NCBI GenBank assembly: GCA_963748215.1
Contig: CAVVHS010000004.1
Coordinates: 38,737 to 102,736, forward strand
Length of the DNA: 64,000 nucleotides
Source: an uncultured Gammaproteobacteria bacterium
Lineage (GTDB): Bacteria > Pseudomonadota > Gammaproteobacteria > UBA9214
Direction of reading: 5' to 3'
In this document: positions 33,253 through 42,855 of the stretch, one piece after another
How the letters are laid out: each line of letters opens with the position of its first letter
How positions within the stretch are numbered: the stretch's first letter is position 1
The notes under the pieces: model-generated
Databases searched by the model: none
What the model was told of the DNA's origin: nothing
The model's input: the letters and a program-made list of their open reading frames with translations, nothing else
Position numbers and translations under genes: made by a program

Positions 33253-34137
33253 ATGCAGAACCCTTCCAGACCACACCGCGACACCCTGTTTGTCGAAGAC
33301 GCCCGGATTCTCGCGCATGACAGCTATCCCGGCGAACAATACGTCCTGAGAGTCGCGGCGCCGGAATGCGCCGGCCGCGCGCAACCGGGCAGCTTTGCGC
33401 ATATCCAGTGCGACCCCGCCCTGCCCATGCGCCGGCCGCTCTCCATCATGCGCGTCGACGCGGCCGCCGGCTGGGTCGAATTCCTGTACAAGGCGGTCGG
33501 CACCGGCACGCGCGCCCTGGCCAGCCGCGCGACCGGCGAGACGCTCAGCATGATCGGCCCCATCGGCGTACCGTTCACACCGGACCGGACACGCCCGCGC
33601 ACCCTGCTGCTGGGCGGCGGCGTCGGCATTCCGCCGATGGTGTTCCTCGCCGACCGGCTGCGCAAGGAGCCGCACTGGCAGCCACTGGTACTGATGGGAT
33701 CCGAGGTGCCGTTTCCGTTCAGCGCCCGACCGTCGCGCTTCATGGTGCCGGGGATGCCGGAGGGCGTGATTGCCGCCATGCCGCTGCTCGAGGACTGGGG
33801 CATACCCAGCCGACTCGCCAGCCTGCAGGGCTACCCGGGCTGTCACGAGGGTTACATCACCGATCTGGCACGCCACTGGCTGGATGCGCTGGATTCGACG
33901 GCGCGTGCCGGGATCGGCATCTTTGCCTGCGGCCCGTCCCCTATGCTGGCGGCAACGGCACGGCTGGCGCGCGAATACGACCTGCCCTGCCAGGTCTCAC
34001 TGGAAGAGTACATGGCCTGCGCCGTCGGTGGCTGCGCCGGCTGTGCCGTGGAGATCAACACCCCGCAGGGCCCCGCCATGAAACGCGTGTGCGTGGACGG
34101 CCCGGTATTCGATGCACGGTCGGTGAACTGGGATTGA
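33253..34137 (+). CDS. pyrK: Dihydroorotate dehydrogenase electron transfer subunit
   Basis: RRPLSI, GGGVGIPP, ACGP, MACAVGGCAGC..RVCVDGPVF. Confidence 0.88.
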   Translation: MQNPSRPHRDTLFVEDARILAHDSYPGEQYVLRVAAPECAGRAQPGSFAHIQCDPALPMRRPLSIMRVDAAAGWVEFLYKAVGTGTRALASRATGETLSMIGPIGVPFTPDRTRPRTLLLGGGVGIPPMVFLADRLRKEPHWQPLVLMGSEVPFPFSARPSRFMVPGMPEGVIAAMPLLEDWGIPSRLASLQGYPGCHEGYITDLARHWLDALDSTARAGIGIFACGPSPMLAATARLAREYDLPCQVSLEEYMACAVGGCAGCAVEINTPQGPAMKRVCVDGPVFDARSVNWD

Positions 34138-34162
34138 CCGCTGACCGGGTCCAGACAAAATA

Positions 34163-34372
34163 TCTCGCGCAAATGAAACAAATCGCCACAGAGGGCGCAG
34201 AGCACACAGAGAATAATCGATTCATGCAGGTAGAGTGGGCTTGCGAACTGAAGCTTTGATAAATTCTTCATCATGCACATTTCAATCATGTGCGGGAGTG
34301 GAACAAACAGACTCTGCGACCTCTGTGTCCTTTGTGGCATTGATCTTCTGGTTGTCTTTGCGCCTTGGCGCG
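34163..34372. repeat. Degenerate concentric inverted repeats (CTCGCGC(C)A.. and GCCACAGAG..CACAGAG families)
   Basis: Left CTCGCGCAA..GCCACAGAGGGCGCAGAGCACACAGAG; right CTCTGCGACCTCTGTGTCCTTTGTGGC..CTTTGCGCCTTGGCGCG. Confidence 0.6.
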
Positions 34373-34392
34373 GGCCTTTTCTGTATAGAACG

Positions 34393-34421
34393 AAAAACGG
34401 GCGCAATGCGCCCGTTTTTTT
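34393..34421. terminator. Bidirectional rho-independent terminator
   Basis: AAAAACGGGCGCA-A-TGCGCCCGTTTTTTT between convergent pyrK and pilU. Confidence 0.85.
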
Positions 34422-34445
34422 ACTGCTCGCACACAGGTTCCTGCG

Positions 34446-35561
34446 CTAGTCCTCCTGCAGGAACACGTTGTCCATGGCCGAAGCGAAGGTGTCTACGTCG
34501 CCCTCTTCCAGCTTGACCATCAGACGCACCTCGTTGGCCGAATCGGCGTAGTGCAGTGCGTCGTCGTAACTGATCTCGCCTGCCTTGTAGAGGGTAAACA
34601 GCGCCTGGTCGTAGGTCACCATGCCCTGCTGACTTGACTGCTTCATCAGTTCCTTCAGCTTGTGTATCTCGCCCTTGCGAATCACGTCATGCACCAGCGG
34701 CGTACCGAGCAGGATTTCCACGCACACGACCCGGCCGTTGCCGTCCTTGCGGGGAATCAGCTGCTGCGCCAGGAACGCCTTCATGTTCATGGACAGGTCC
34801 ATGAACAGCTGCGGACGGCGGTCTTCCGGGAAGAAGTTGATAATACGGTCCATTGCCTGGTTGGCGTTGTTGGCATGCAGGGTAGCGAGACAGAGGTGAC
34901 CGGTCTCGGCAAACGCGATGGCGTGATTCATGGTTTCACGATCCCGGACCTCGCCGATCAGGATCACGTCCGGCGCCTGGCGCAGGGTATTCTTCAGCGC
35001 CGTTTCATACGACTCGGTATCGATACCGACCTCGCGCTGGGTTACGATGCAACCCTGGTGCTTGTGCACGAACTCGATCGGATCCTCGATGGTAATGATG
35101 TGCCCGGTACCGTTCTTGTTGCGGTAATCCAGCATGGATGCCAGTGAGGTCGACTTGCCGGTACCGGTAGCGCCGATGAAAATGATCAGGCCACGCTTGG
35201 TCATGGCGAGGTTCTTCAGGATCGGCGGCAGGCGCAGCTCCTCGATGGACGGAATATAGGTCTCGATGCGGCGCAGCACGGCCCCGGCGTTGTTACGCTG
35301 GATAAAGGCGCTGGCACGGAACCGGCCCACGTCCTTTTCCGAAATCGCGAAATTGCACTCATGCGTGGCCTCGAACTCGTCACGCTGCGCCGGTGTCATC
35401 ATATTGGTGATCATATGCATGGCGGTTTCGGGCGTCAGCGCATTGCTGCCGATTGGCACCGTCTTGCCGTTCAGCTTGATGGTCGGCGGCAGACCGGCCG
35501 TCAGGAACAGGTCCGAGGCCTGTTTCTCCTTCATCAACTTCAACAGCGGCAATAAATCCAT
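34446..35561 (-). CDS. pilU: Twitching motility ATPase PilU
   Basis: GATGTGKST, LRQAPDVILIGE, ANNANQAMDRII; directly downstream of pilT. Confidence 0.93.
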   Translation of the reverse strand: MDLLPLLKLMKEKQASDLFLTAGLPPTIKLNGKTVPIGSNALTPETAMHMITNMMTPAQRDEFEATHECNFAISEKDVGRFRASAFIQRNNAGAVLRRIETYIPSIEELRLPPILKNLAMTKRGLIIFIGATGTGKSTSLASMLDYRNKNGTGHIITIEDPIEFVHKHQGCIVTQREVGIDTESYETALKNTLRQAPDVILIGEVRDRETMNHAIAFAETGHLCLATLHANNANQAMDRIINFFPEDRRPQLFMDLSMNMKAFLAQQLIPRKDGNGRVVCVEILLGTPLVHDVIRKGEIHKLKELMKQSSQQGMVTYDQALFTLYKAGEISYDDALHYADSANEVRLMVKLEEGDVDTFASAMDNVFLQED

Positions 35562-35582
35562 ATCAGCTCTCCGACCCGGTTC

Positions 35583-36620
35583 CTAGCGGAAATTATCCTT
35601 GATGGCCGCCTTGGCGCGCGCATCCTGCTTGGTGATCAGGCCCTTGGCAAGAATGTCGTTCAGGTACTGATCGAGCGTCGTCATACCGACTGCGTTGCCG
35701 GTCTGGATGGCCGAGTACATCTGCGCCACCTTGTCCTCGCGGATCAGGTTGCGGATGGCCGGCGTGCCAATCATGATTTCCCAGGCCGCGATACGCCCAC
35801 CGCCGATCTTCTTCAGCAGGGTCTGCGCGATAACCGCGCGCAGCGATTCCGACAGCATCGAGCGTACCATGGTCTTTTCAGCGGCCGGGAACACGTCGAT
35901 CACACGGTCGATGGTCTTGGCAGCGGACGTGGTGTGCAGGGTACCGAACACGAGGTGACCGGTTTCGGCCGCGGTCAGCGCCAGGCGAATGGTTTCCAGG
36001 TCGCGCATTTCGCCGACCAGTATGATGTCCGGATCCTCACGCAGTGCCGAACGCAATGCCTCGTTGAACCCCTTGGTGTCACGATGCACCTCGCGCTGGT
36101 TCACCAGGCACTTCTTGCTTTCATGCACAAACTCGATGGGGTCTTCGATGGTCAGGATGTGGTGGTAGGCCTTCTTGTTGATGTAATCGATCATCGCGGC
36201 CAGCGTGGTCGACTTACCGGAGCCGGTTGGTCCGGTCACCAGCACCAGGCCGCGCGGCGTATCCGCGATTTCCTTGAAGATCTGCGGCGTACCCAGGTCT
36301 TCAAGGCCGAGAATCTCGGAGGGAATGGTACGGAACACTGCACCGGCACCGCGGTTCTGGTTGAACGCGTTGACACGAAACCGCGCCAGGTTGGGAATCT
36401 CGAAGGAAAAGTCCGTCTCGAGGAACTCTTCGTAGTCCTTGCGCTGCTTGTCGTTCATGATGTCGTAGACAAGCCCGTGCACCGTCTTGTGGTCCAGCAC
36501 CGGCACGTTGATCTTGCGCATATCGCCGTCGACACGGATCATCGGCGGCATGCCGGCGGAGAGGTGCAAGTCGGATGCACCGTTGTTGACACTGAAAGTA
36601 AGTAACTCGGCAATATCCAT
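35583..36620 (-). CDS. pilT: Twitching motility ATPase PilT
   Basis: MDIAELL..ASDLHLSAG, GPTGSGKST, ALREDPD, AIRNLIRE. Confidence 0.97.
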   Translation of the reverse strand: MDIAELLTFSVNNGASDLHLSAGMPPMIRVDGDMRKINVPVLDHKTVHGLVYDIMNDKQRKDYEEFLETDFSFEIPNLARFRVNAFNQNRGAGAVFRTIPSEILGLEDLGTPQIFKEIADTPRGLVLVTGPTGSGKSTTLAAMIDYINKKAYHHILTIEDPIEFVHESKKCLVNQREVHRDTKGFNEALRSALREDPDIILVGEMRDLETIRLALTAAETGHLVFGTLHTTSAAKTIDRVIDVFPAAEKTMVRSMLSESLRAVIAQTLLKKIGGGRIAAWEIMIGTPAIRNLIREDKVAQMYSAIQTGNAVGMTTLDQYLNDILAKGLITKQDARAKAAIKDNFR

Positions 36621-36973
36621 GCCCACTCCATTAATAGATCAATATCCGAAAAGCTTTATCGACGGTAGCAGGGGATACTTGAACATGCACACAGATGACA
36701 TCCGGCCTGCTGCCACAAACACCCGTACGGAGAAATCCGGCGGCGTATTTCAACACGTGGAATATCATCGACAGCCATGCCCGTTGTCTAGAGTATGCCG
36801 CATTGCGATGAATTCTCAAGCCACCCGGAGATTGCTGTTAACGATATGAATAATATGAATAATTATCCCCGACGACACTCAGCCACGGGCGGCGCCCGAG
36901 CTGCCGCGCACGCCTTCGTGAAGCACTACCGAAACTTGTCGTTGGCAGCTTGCATCCTGTATGGTCAAAAACC

Positions 36974-37804
36974 ATGACTGACTTGAATCTGACCTTCATC
37001 GGCGGCGGCAATATGGCCAGCAGCCTCATCGGCGGACTGATCGCCGACGGCTGGAATCCCGCCACTATCCAGGCAAGCGATCGCGACGTGCAACAGTTGC
37101 AACGGCTGGCCTCACGCTTCGGGATCACCACCACGCAGGACAACCAGGCGGCCGCAGCACGCGCCGATATCATCGTGCTGGCAGTCAAGCCACAGGCCAT
37201 GAAGTCCGTCGCCCTGGAACTGACCGGGACCGTGGCTCGACACAGGCCGCTGGTGATTTCCATCGCCGCCGGGGTGCGCGAAAGCACATTGCGCGACTGG
37301 CTCGGTGCGAATGTGGCCATCGTGCGTACCATGCCGAACACGCCGGCCCTGGTGCAGAGCGGCGCGACAGCGCTGTTTGCCAACCCGGCAGTAACCGAAA
37401 ACCAGCGCAGCACCGCCGAATCGATCATGCGTGCCGTGGGACTTGCAATCTGGGTCGAGGATGAAAACCAGCTGGATGCCGTTACCGCCCTGTCCGGCAG
37501 TGGTCCGGCCTACTTTTTCCTGCTCATGGAGGCGCTGCAGGCAGGCGGTTGCAAGCTTGGCCTGCCGGAGGACACGGCACGCCTGTTGGCACTGCAAACT
37601 GCCTTCGGTGCTGCTAAAATGGCGCTCGAAAGTCCGGAGGATGCGGCCGCGCTGCGGCGACTCGTGACATCCCCGGGCGGCACAACCGAACGCGCCATCA
37701 GCGTCTTTCAGCAGCACGACTTCGAGGAACTTGTCGAACAGGCCATGCAGGCCGCGGCCGGTCGCTCGCGCGAACTGGCGGATGAAATCGGAAACCAGGC
37801 ATGA
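36974..37804 (+). CDS. proC: Pyrroline-5-carboxylate reductase
   Basis: FIGGGNMA, AVKPQ, MPNTPALV, ALSGSGPAY, VTSPGGTT. Confidence 0.96.
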   Translation: MTDLNLTFIGGGNMASSLIGGLIADGWNPATIQASDRDVQQLQRLASRFGITTTQDNQAAAARADIIVLAVKPQAMKSVALELTGTVARHRPLVISIAAGVRESTLRDWLGANVAIVRTMPNTPALVQSGATALFANPAVTENQRSTAESIMRAVGLAIWVEDENQLDAVTALSGSGPAYFFLLMEALQAGGCKLGLPEDTARLLALQTAFGAAKMALESPEDAAALRRLVTSPGGTTERAISVFQQHDFEELVEQAMQAAAGRSRELADEIGNQA

Positions 37805-38352
37805 ACAACTATCTGACCAATCCACTGGAATTCCTGATCACCACCCTGATCAGCCTGTACATCCTGGCTGTGATGCTGCGTTTCCTGCTGGGCGTGGTCC
37901 GCGCCGATTTCTACAACCCTGTCAGCCAGTTCCTGGTGCGCATCACCAATCCATTGCTGGTACCACTGCGCAAGGTCATCCCCGTCATCGGCAAGTTCGA
38001 CACGGCGGCCGTGGTGTTGATGCTGGTACTGCAGCTGGTATCGGTATTCATCGTCGTATCGCTGCGCGGGGCGAGCGTGCCGTTCTTCAGCATTCTGCTA
38101 TACACCGTCGGCGAACTGTTCATGCTGCTGATCAACATCTTCCTGGTCTCCATCCTGGTGCAGGTGATCCTCAGCTGGATCAGCCCGAGCACTTACAGCC
38201 CGGTCAGTACACTGCTGTACAGCCTGACCAACCCGATTCTGAAACCGATCCAGCGCGTCATCCCGCCGCTTTCCGGCATCGACCTGTCACCGCTGTTCGC
38301 CATGATTGGCCTGCAGGTCCTGCGCATGCTGGTCATGCCGTTGCTGCATTGA
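37801..38352 (+). CDS. yggT: YggT family membrane protein
   Basis: RADFYNPVSQF, IPPLSGIDLSP; follows proC. Confidence 0.92.
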   Translation: MNNYLTNPLEFLITTLISLYILAVMLRFLLGVVRADFYNPVSQFLVRITNPLLVPLRKVIPVIGKFDTAAVVLMLVLQLVSVFIVVSLRGASVPFFSILLYTVGELFMLLINIFLVSILVQVILSWISPSTYSPVSTLLYSLTNPILKPIQRVIPPLSGIDLSPLFAMIGLQVLRMLVMPLLH

Positions 38353-38358
38353 GCCCGC

Positions 38359-38655
38359 TTGGCGGCATCCTGGTACCAGTGGGATGGTGAAGACCTGTTG
38401 CTGTCGGTACACGTCCAGCCGAAAGCCAGCCGGGACCGGATTGACGGTACGCACGGCGAACGCCTGAAAATCCGCATTACCGCGCCGCCGGTCGATGGCC
38501 GGGCCAACGAACACCTGTTGAGATTCCTGGCCGGCGAGTTTGGCGTGCCGCGCCGTCAGGCCGTACTGCTGACCGGCGACACCGGGCGCGCCAAGCGCAT
38601 TCGCATCGAGCGGCCTGCGCGGCTGCCGGCCGGGCTCATTGCGCCGCGGGATTGA
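38359..38655 (+). CDS. yggU: DUF167 family protein
   Basis: HVQPKASRD, LKIRITAPPVDGRAN. Confidence 0.9.
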   Translation: MAASWYQWDGEDLLLSVHVQPKASRDRIDGTHGERLKIRITAPPVDGRANEHLLRFLAGEFGVPRRQAVLLTGDTGRAKRIRIERPARLPAGLIAPRD

Positions 38656-38723
38656 TTGTTGCGCCGTTCTGAACCAATCATTAGACTCGACCCCCTTTCT
38701 TCAAGGCGCTGCAGACACCCACC

Positions 38724-38933
38724 ATGCCCGAGGCAATACCGGCGGACAGTGTTGGCCTGATCACCCCGCAGTCAATGACATTCCAGAATATGCTGCGCCA
38801 GGAGTGCGGCACCAGGCTGCCCGAATACACGCTTGCCTGTGAGACCTGTGGCAAGCTGTCGGGGCGCGCGGCGATCTACCGTTTCAGTCGCGATGACGAC
38901 GCGGCCCGCCCCGGCCTGTCGCCCACGCCATGA
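38724..38933 (+). pseudogene. metX: Homoserine acyltransferase MetX N-terminal remnant, apparently fused to a MetW-like C-terminal tail
   Basis: MPEAIPADSVGLITPQ...ECGTRLPEYTLACETCGKL resembles the MetX start (DSVGLV.PQ..G..L..Y.L.YETYG.LN); only 69 codons. Confidence 0.7.
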
Positions 38934-40282
38934 TCAGGCATATGCAATCCGCGCGCAGCTGGCTGCAGGCCGTGGCGGTCTATACGCGTCCGCGTGTACT
39001 GGCCATGATCTTCCTCGGCTTTGCCGCGGGTCTGCCGTTCCTGCTGGTGTTCTCCACGCTGACCTACTGGCTGAGCGATACGGGGGTCGACAAAACCACC
39101 ATCGGGTTCTTCACCTGGATCGGCATCACCTACTCGATCAAGGTGTTCTGGGCGCCCGTGATCGATCGCCTGCCGCTGGCATTGCTGTCGCGCACGCTCG
39201 GCCAGCGCCGGGCCTGGATGCTGGCAGCTCAGTGCACCATCGTTCTGGGCCTGGCCGGAATGGCAATAACTGACCCGGCGACCCACCTGACACAGCTCGC
39301 GCTGCTTGCCCTGCTGGTCGCATTCGGCTCCGCCACCCAGGACATCAGTGTCGACGCCTGGCGCATCGAGGCCGTTGACAAGGCACTGCAGGGCGCCATG
39401 GCAGCGTCCTATGTTCTGGGTTACCGGGTCGCCCTGCTGGTAGCGGGCGCCGGGGCGCTGTATCTGGCCGAATTCTATTCCTGGCCGATTGCCTACCTGT
39501 CCATGGCGGCACTGATGAGTGTTGGCATCGTCACCACCCTGCTCATCAGTGAGCCCCAGCACGTCCGCGACGCCCGCACCGTGGCGCTGGAGGAACGGCT
39601 GGAGAACGTCATGGGCATCCGTGACAGGCAGTCACCCTGGCAGCGGCTGGCCGCCTGGTTCTCCGATGCCGTGGTCAGTCCCTTCGTGGAATTTTTCCAG
39701 CGCAACGGCGCCCTGGCGGTACTGATCCTGCTGCTGGTCGGCGCCTACAAGCTGAGCGACATCACCATGGGTGCCATGGCGGGTCCGTTTTACCGCGATC
39801 TCGGCTTCAGCAAGACCGAGATCGCCAACATCACCAAGATCTTCGGTTTCTTCATGACCATAGCCGGCGCCTCGCTGGGCGGAATCTTCGTGGTGCGCTT
39901 CGGCATCCTGCGCCCGCTGCTGGCCGGTGCCATCCTGGTCGCCTCCACCAACCTGCTGTTCGTGTGGCTCGCCAACAGTGAGCCGAACCTGGCGTCGCTG
40001 GCGGTCGTCATCAGCGCCGACAATCTGTCAGGTGGATTCGCCACCTCGGCCTTCATCGCCTGGCTGTCGAGCCTGGTCAACAAGTCCTATACCGCGACCC
40101 AGTACGCGCTGTTCAGCTCGCTGATGACCCTGCCTGCCAAGTTCGTCGGCGGCTTCTCCGGCATCGTGGTCGACCACACCGGCTACGCGACCTTTTTCCT
40201 CTACGCCGGCCTGCTGGGCGTGCCCGCCATCCTGCTGGTACTGATCCTGATGTCACGGCAAGCGTCACCGGACAGCGGGTAA
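38930..40282 (+). CDS. ampG: Muropeptide MFS permease AmpG
   Basis: LGFAAGLP, KVFWAPVID, GQRRAWML, SATQDISVDAWRIE, TATQYALFSS. Confidence 0.93.
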   Translation: MIRHMQSARSWLQAVAVYTRPRVLAMIFLGFAAGLPFLLVFSTLTYWLSDTGVDKTTIGFFTWIGITYSIKVFWAPVIDRLPLALLSRTLGQRRAWMLAAQCTIVLGLAGMAITDPATHLTQLALLALLVAFGSATQDISVDAWRIEAVDKALQGAMAASYVLGYRVALLVAGAGALYLAEFYSWPIAYLSMAALMSVGIVTTLLISEPQHVRDARTVALEERLENVMGIRDRQSPWQRLAAWFSDAVVSPFVEFFQRNGALAVLILLLVGAYKLSDITMGAMAGPFYRDLGFSKTEIANITKIFGFFMTIAGASLGGIFVVRFGILRPLLAGAILVASTNLLFVWLANSEPNLASLAVVISADNLSGGFATSAFIAWLSSLVNKSYTATQYALFSSLMTLPAKFVGGFSGIVVDHTGYATFFLYAGLLGVPAILLVLILMSRQASPDSG

Positions 40283-40379
40283 TACAAAAGTATTAACCGT
40301 TTGTTCTATATCAATAGTCTGGAATTTCTTACAGACTGTCCCGGGGTCATTTCCAACAAAAACAGCAGGGTTTTCATGC

Positions 40380-40622
40380 ATGAAGCTCGAAATTTCTACT
40401 ACGCTTGAAGCCATGAGAAGAGCAATCCCGGAACGCAGAAACCTGGGGAAGCGGCGCTGGGGGCTGTCGACCGAGTTCCCCCTCAAGGATTGCAACGGCT
40501 CGCTGGTGATCACCGAGCGGCGCTGCCTGACCGACCGCCGCCTGGAAAACACCTCGCTCGCAGACCGCCTGCTTATGTTCTCAGGGCTGGTGCAGGTCGA
40601 ACGGGACAACAACCTGTCCTGA
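40380..40622 (+). CDS. Small hypothetical protein with two ERRxxxxRR motifs
   Basis: PERRNLGKRR...FPLKDCNG..VITERRCLTDRR; GC-biased codons in the 3' half. Confidence 0.6.
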   Translation: MKLEISTTLEAMRRAIPERRNLGKRRWGLSTEFPLKDCNGSLVITERRCLTDRRLENTSLADRLLMFSGLVQVERDNNLS

Positions 40623-40677
40623 CGACCAGGGACGACATCCTGCAAACCCCGATCTCGCGCCAAGGCGCGAGCTATTC

Positions 40678-41451
40678 CTACAGATCGTACTCGTAATCCA
40701 TGATCAGCGGCGCGTGGTCGGAGAAGCGCTTGTCCTTGTAGATGCGCGCGCCCTGCACCAATGCGCCAATGCCCGGTGTTGTGACCTGGTAGTCAATGCG
40801 CCATCCCACGTTCTTCGCCCAGGCCTGTCCGCGGTTCGACCACCAGGTGTACTGCTCCGCGGCCTGGTTGACGGCGCGAAAGGTATCGACGAAACCGGCC
40901 GGGCCGAACAGCTCGTCCATCCAGGCGCGTTCTTCCGGCAGGAAACCGGAGTTTTTCCGGTTGCCGCGCCAGTTCTTAAGGTCGATTTCGCGGTGTGCGA
41001 TATTCCAGTCCCCGCACAGAATGTATTCGCGCCGCTTGCGCTTCGCGGTACGCAGCCAGGGCATGAAGCGCTCGAGAAAATCGAACTTGACCTGCTGGCG
41101 CAACTCGCTCGATGAACCGGATGGCAGGTACAGCGACACCACGCTGAGTGGCCCGAAGCGTGCCTCGATGTAGCGCCCCTCGGCATCCACATCCGGCCAG
41201 CCCAGCCCGGAGATCACCTGGTCGGGCTTGTGCCGGCTGTAGATGGCGACCCCGCTGTAACCCTTCTTTTCCGCATCGTGAAAGAAGATATGCCAGCCGC
41301 GCGGCCGGAATAGCGGGTCGTCCAGCTGGTCGACCTGGGCCTTGGTCTCCTGCAGGCACACCACGTCTGCCTGCTGGCGCACCATCCACTGGAAAAAGCC
41401 CTTGCGCGCCGCCGCGCGGATACCGTTCACGTTGACTGTTATGATGCGCAT
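40678..41451 (-). CDS. xth: Exodeoxyribonuclease III family (Xth/Crc-like)
   Basis: NVNGIRAA, CLQETKA, GYSGVA, GDWNIAH, SGFLPEER, GWRIDY, SDHAP. Confidence 0.92.
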   Translation of the reverse strand: MRIITVNVNGIRAAARKGFFQWMVRQQADVVCLQETKAQVDQLDDPLFRPRGWHIFFHDAEKKGYSGVAIYSRHKPDQVISGLGWPDVDAEGRYIEARFGPLSVVSLYLPSGSSSELRQQVKFDFLERFMPWLRTAKRKRREYILCGDWNIAHREIDLKNWRGNRKNSGFLPEERAWMDELFGPAGFVDTFRAVNQAAEQYTWWSNRGQAWAKNVGWRIDYQVTTPGIGALVQGARIYKDKRFSDHAPLIMDYEYDL

Positions 41452-41702
41452 CAAGCTCCACCCATCGAACCGGATGTGTATGATAACGACCTCCGACCCC
41501 CATAACGACCCTGGCCCGGATGTTGTACCAGTATCCGGGATGCTGGCGCACGACTGCATGCCGAGGACAGGGACCGGACAGGCCGCGGGCCGGTTTCAAG
41601 CTGTACTATGGAGAATTTCTGAAACATGATCGAGACATTTATACTCTCAGTCGATCACAGGTCCACCCGCGACCGACTGGTACAATATTCGGTCTGATTG
41701 CC

Positions 41703-42344
41703 ATGAAAGACTACCAGCACGATTTCATCGACTTCGCCATCCAGGCCGGCGTCCTGCGCTTCGGTGAATTCACCCTGAAATCCGGCCGCGTCAGCCCATA
41801 TTTCTTCAATGCCGGCCTGTTCAATACCGGCGAGCACCTCGCGCGACTGGGACGCTGCTACGCGCAGGCGATCGTCGACAGCGACATCGGCTTCGATGTG
41901 CTGTTCGGGCCGGCCTACAAGGGTATCCCGCTGGCCGCAGCTGCCAGCATCGCGCTCGCCGACCACCATGCCCGCAACGTGCCCTGGTGTTTCAACCGCA
42001 AGGAGGCCAAGGGTCACGGCGAGGGCGGCAACCTGGTGGGTGCGGCACTGGATGGACGGGTACTGGTCATCGACGATGTCATCACCGCCGGTACCGCCAT
42101 CCGCGAATCGGTTGAAATCATACAGGACGCGGGGGCATCACTGGCCGGTGTCGTCATCGCGCTCGACCGGCAGGAACGCGGCCGGGGCGAGCGCTCCGCC
42201 ATCCAGGAAGTCGAGGACACACTGGGCGTCCCCGTGGTGAGTATCGTGCGGCTGGAACATCTGCTGGAATACCTTGCGGCGCAACCGGATCGATCAGAAG
42301 ACGTCTCCCGGATCGGGGCGTACCGGGCGCAGTACGGGATTTGA
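41703..42344 (+). CDS. pyrE: Orotate phosphoribosyltransferase
   Basis: [36 protein letters not shown]. Confidence 0.97.
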   Translation: MKDYQHDFIDFAIQAGVLRFGEFTLKSGRVSPYFFNAGLFNTGEHLARLGRCYAQAIVDSDIGFDVLFGPAYKGIPLAAAASIALADHHARNVPWCFNRKEAKGHGEGGNLVGAALDGRVLVIDDVITAGTAIRESVEIIQDAGASLAGVVIALDRQERGRGERSAIQEVEDTLGVPVVSIVRLEHLLEYLAAQPDRSEDVSRIGAYRAQYGI

Positions 42345-42496
42345 GAGCATTCTCGCGCCAGGACACAAAGGCGCCAGGCGAGTATCGCCATAGAGCACAC
42401 AGCGGACTCAGAGAGAATCATTCTTTGACCCTTACGTCAGGAATGCGGTGTGACTGGCTCGTGGATGGTAGCGCGACCGCCGTATCGGCTCATTGA

Positions 42497-42695
42497 GTTG
42501 GAGCACTTCGCAAGGCCGCTCCCAGCATGGCCCAGGCCAGTCTCTCGTCCGCTGCGCGGACTCACCTTCTCCTGCTTCACGCGACACTCGTGCATGGCCC
42601 AGGCCAGCTTCTCGACCGGTTCCCGGTCTCACCTTCTCCCTGTACATCGCGCGATCCTTTCCCCAAAAAGATCGCGGACGCGGTCCGCTCCTACA
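42497..42695 (-). mobile_element. Composite: REP-A doublet carrying the 51-bp unit, which carries two 42-bp units (copy 1)
   Basis: Near-identical inverted copy of 51908-52106; nested insert at 42514-42648. Confidence 0.88.
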
Positions 42696-42855
42696 AACAT
42701 GGCTTCGTGAGCGGGGATACGGGAAACATCGGTCATGGAAGGTGAAAAATCGCTTGCGGACCGCACACTCTCCCGCCGATAAATCCTTTGTGCACTCTGT
42801 GACCTATGTGGCGAGTTAGTTGTTTCCTGCCGCCTTTGCGGCTTGGCGCGAGTCA

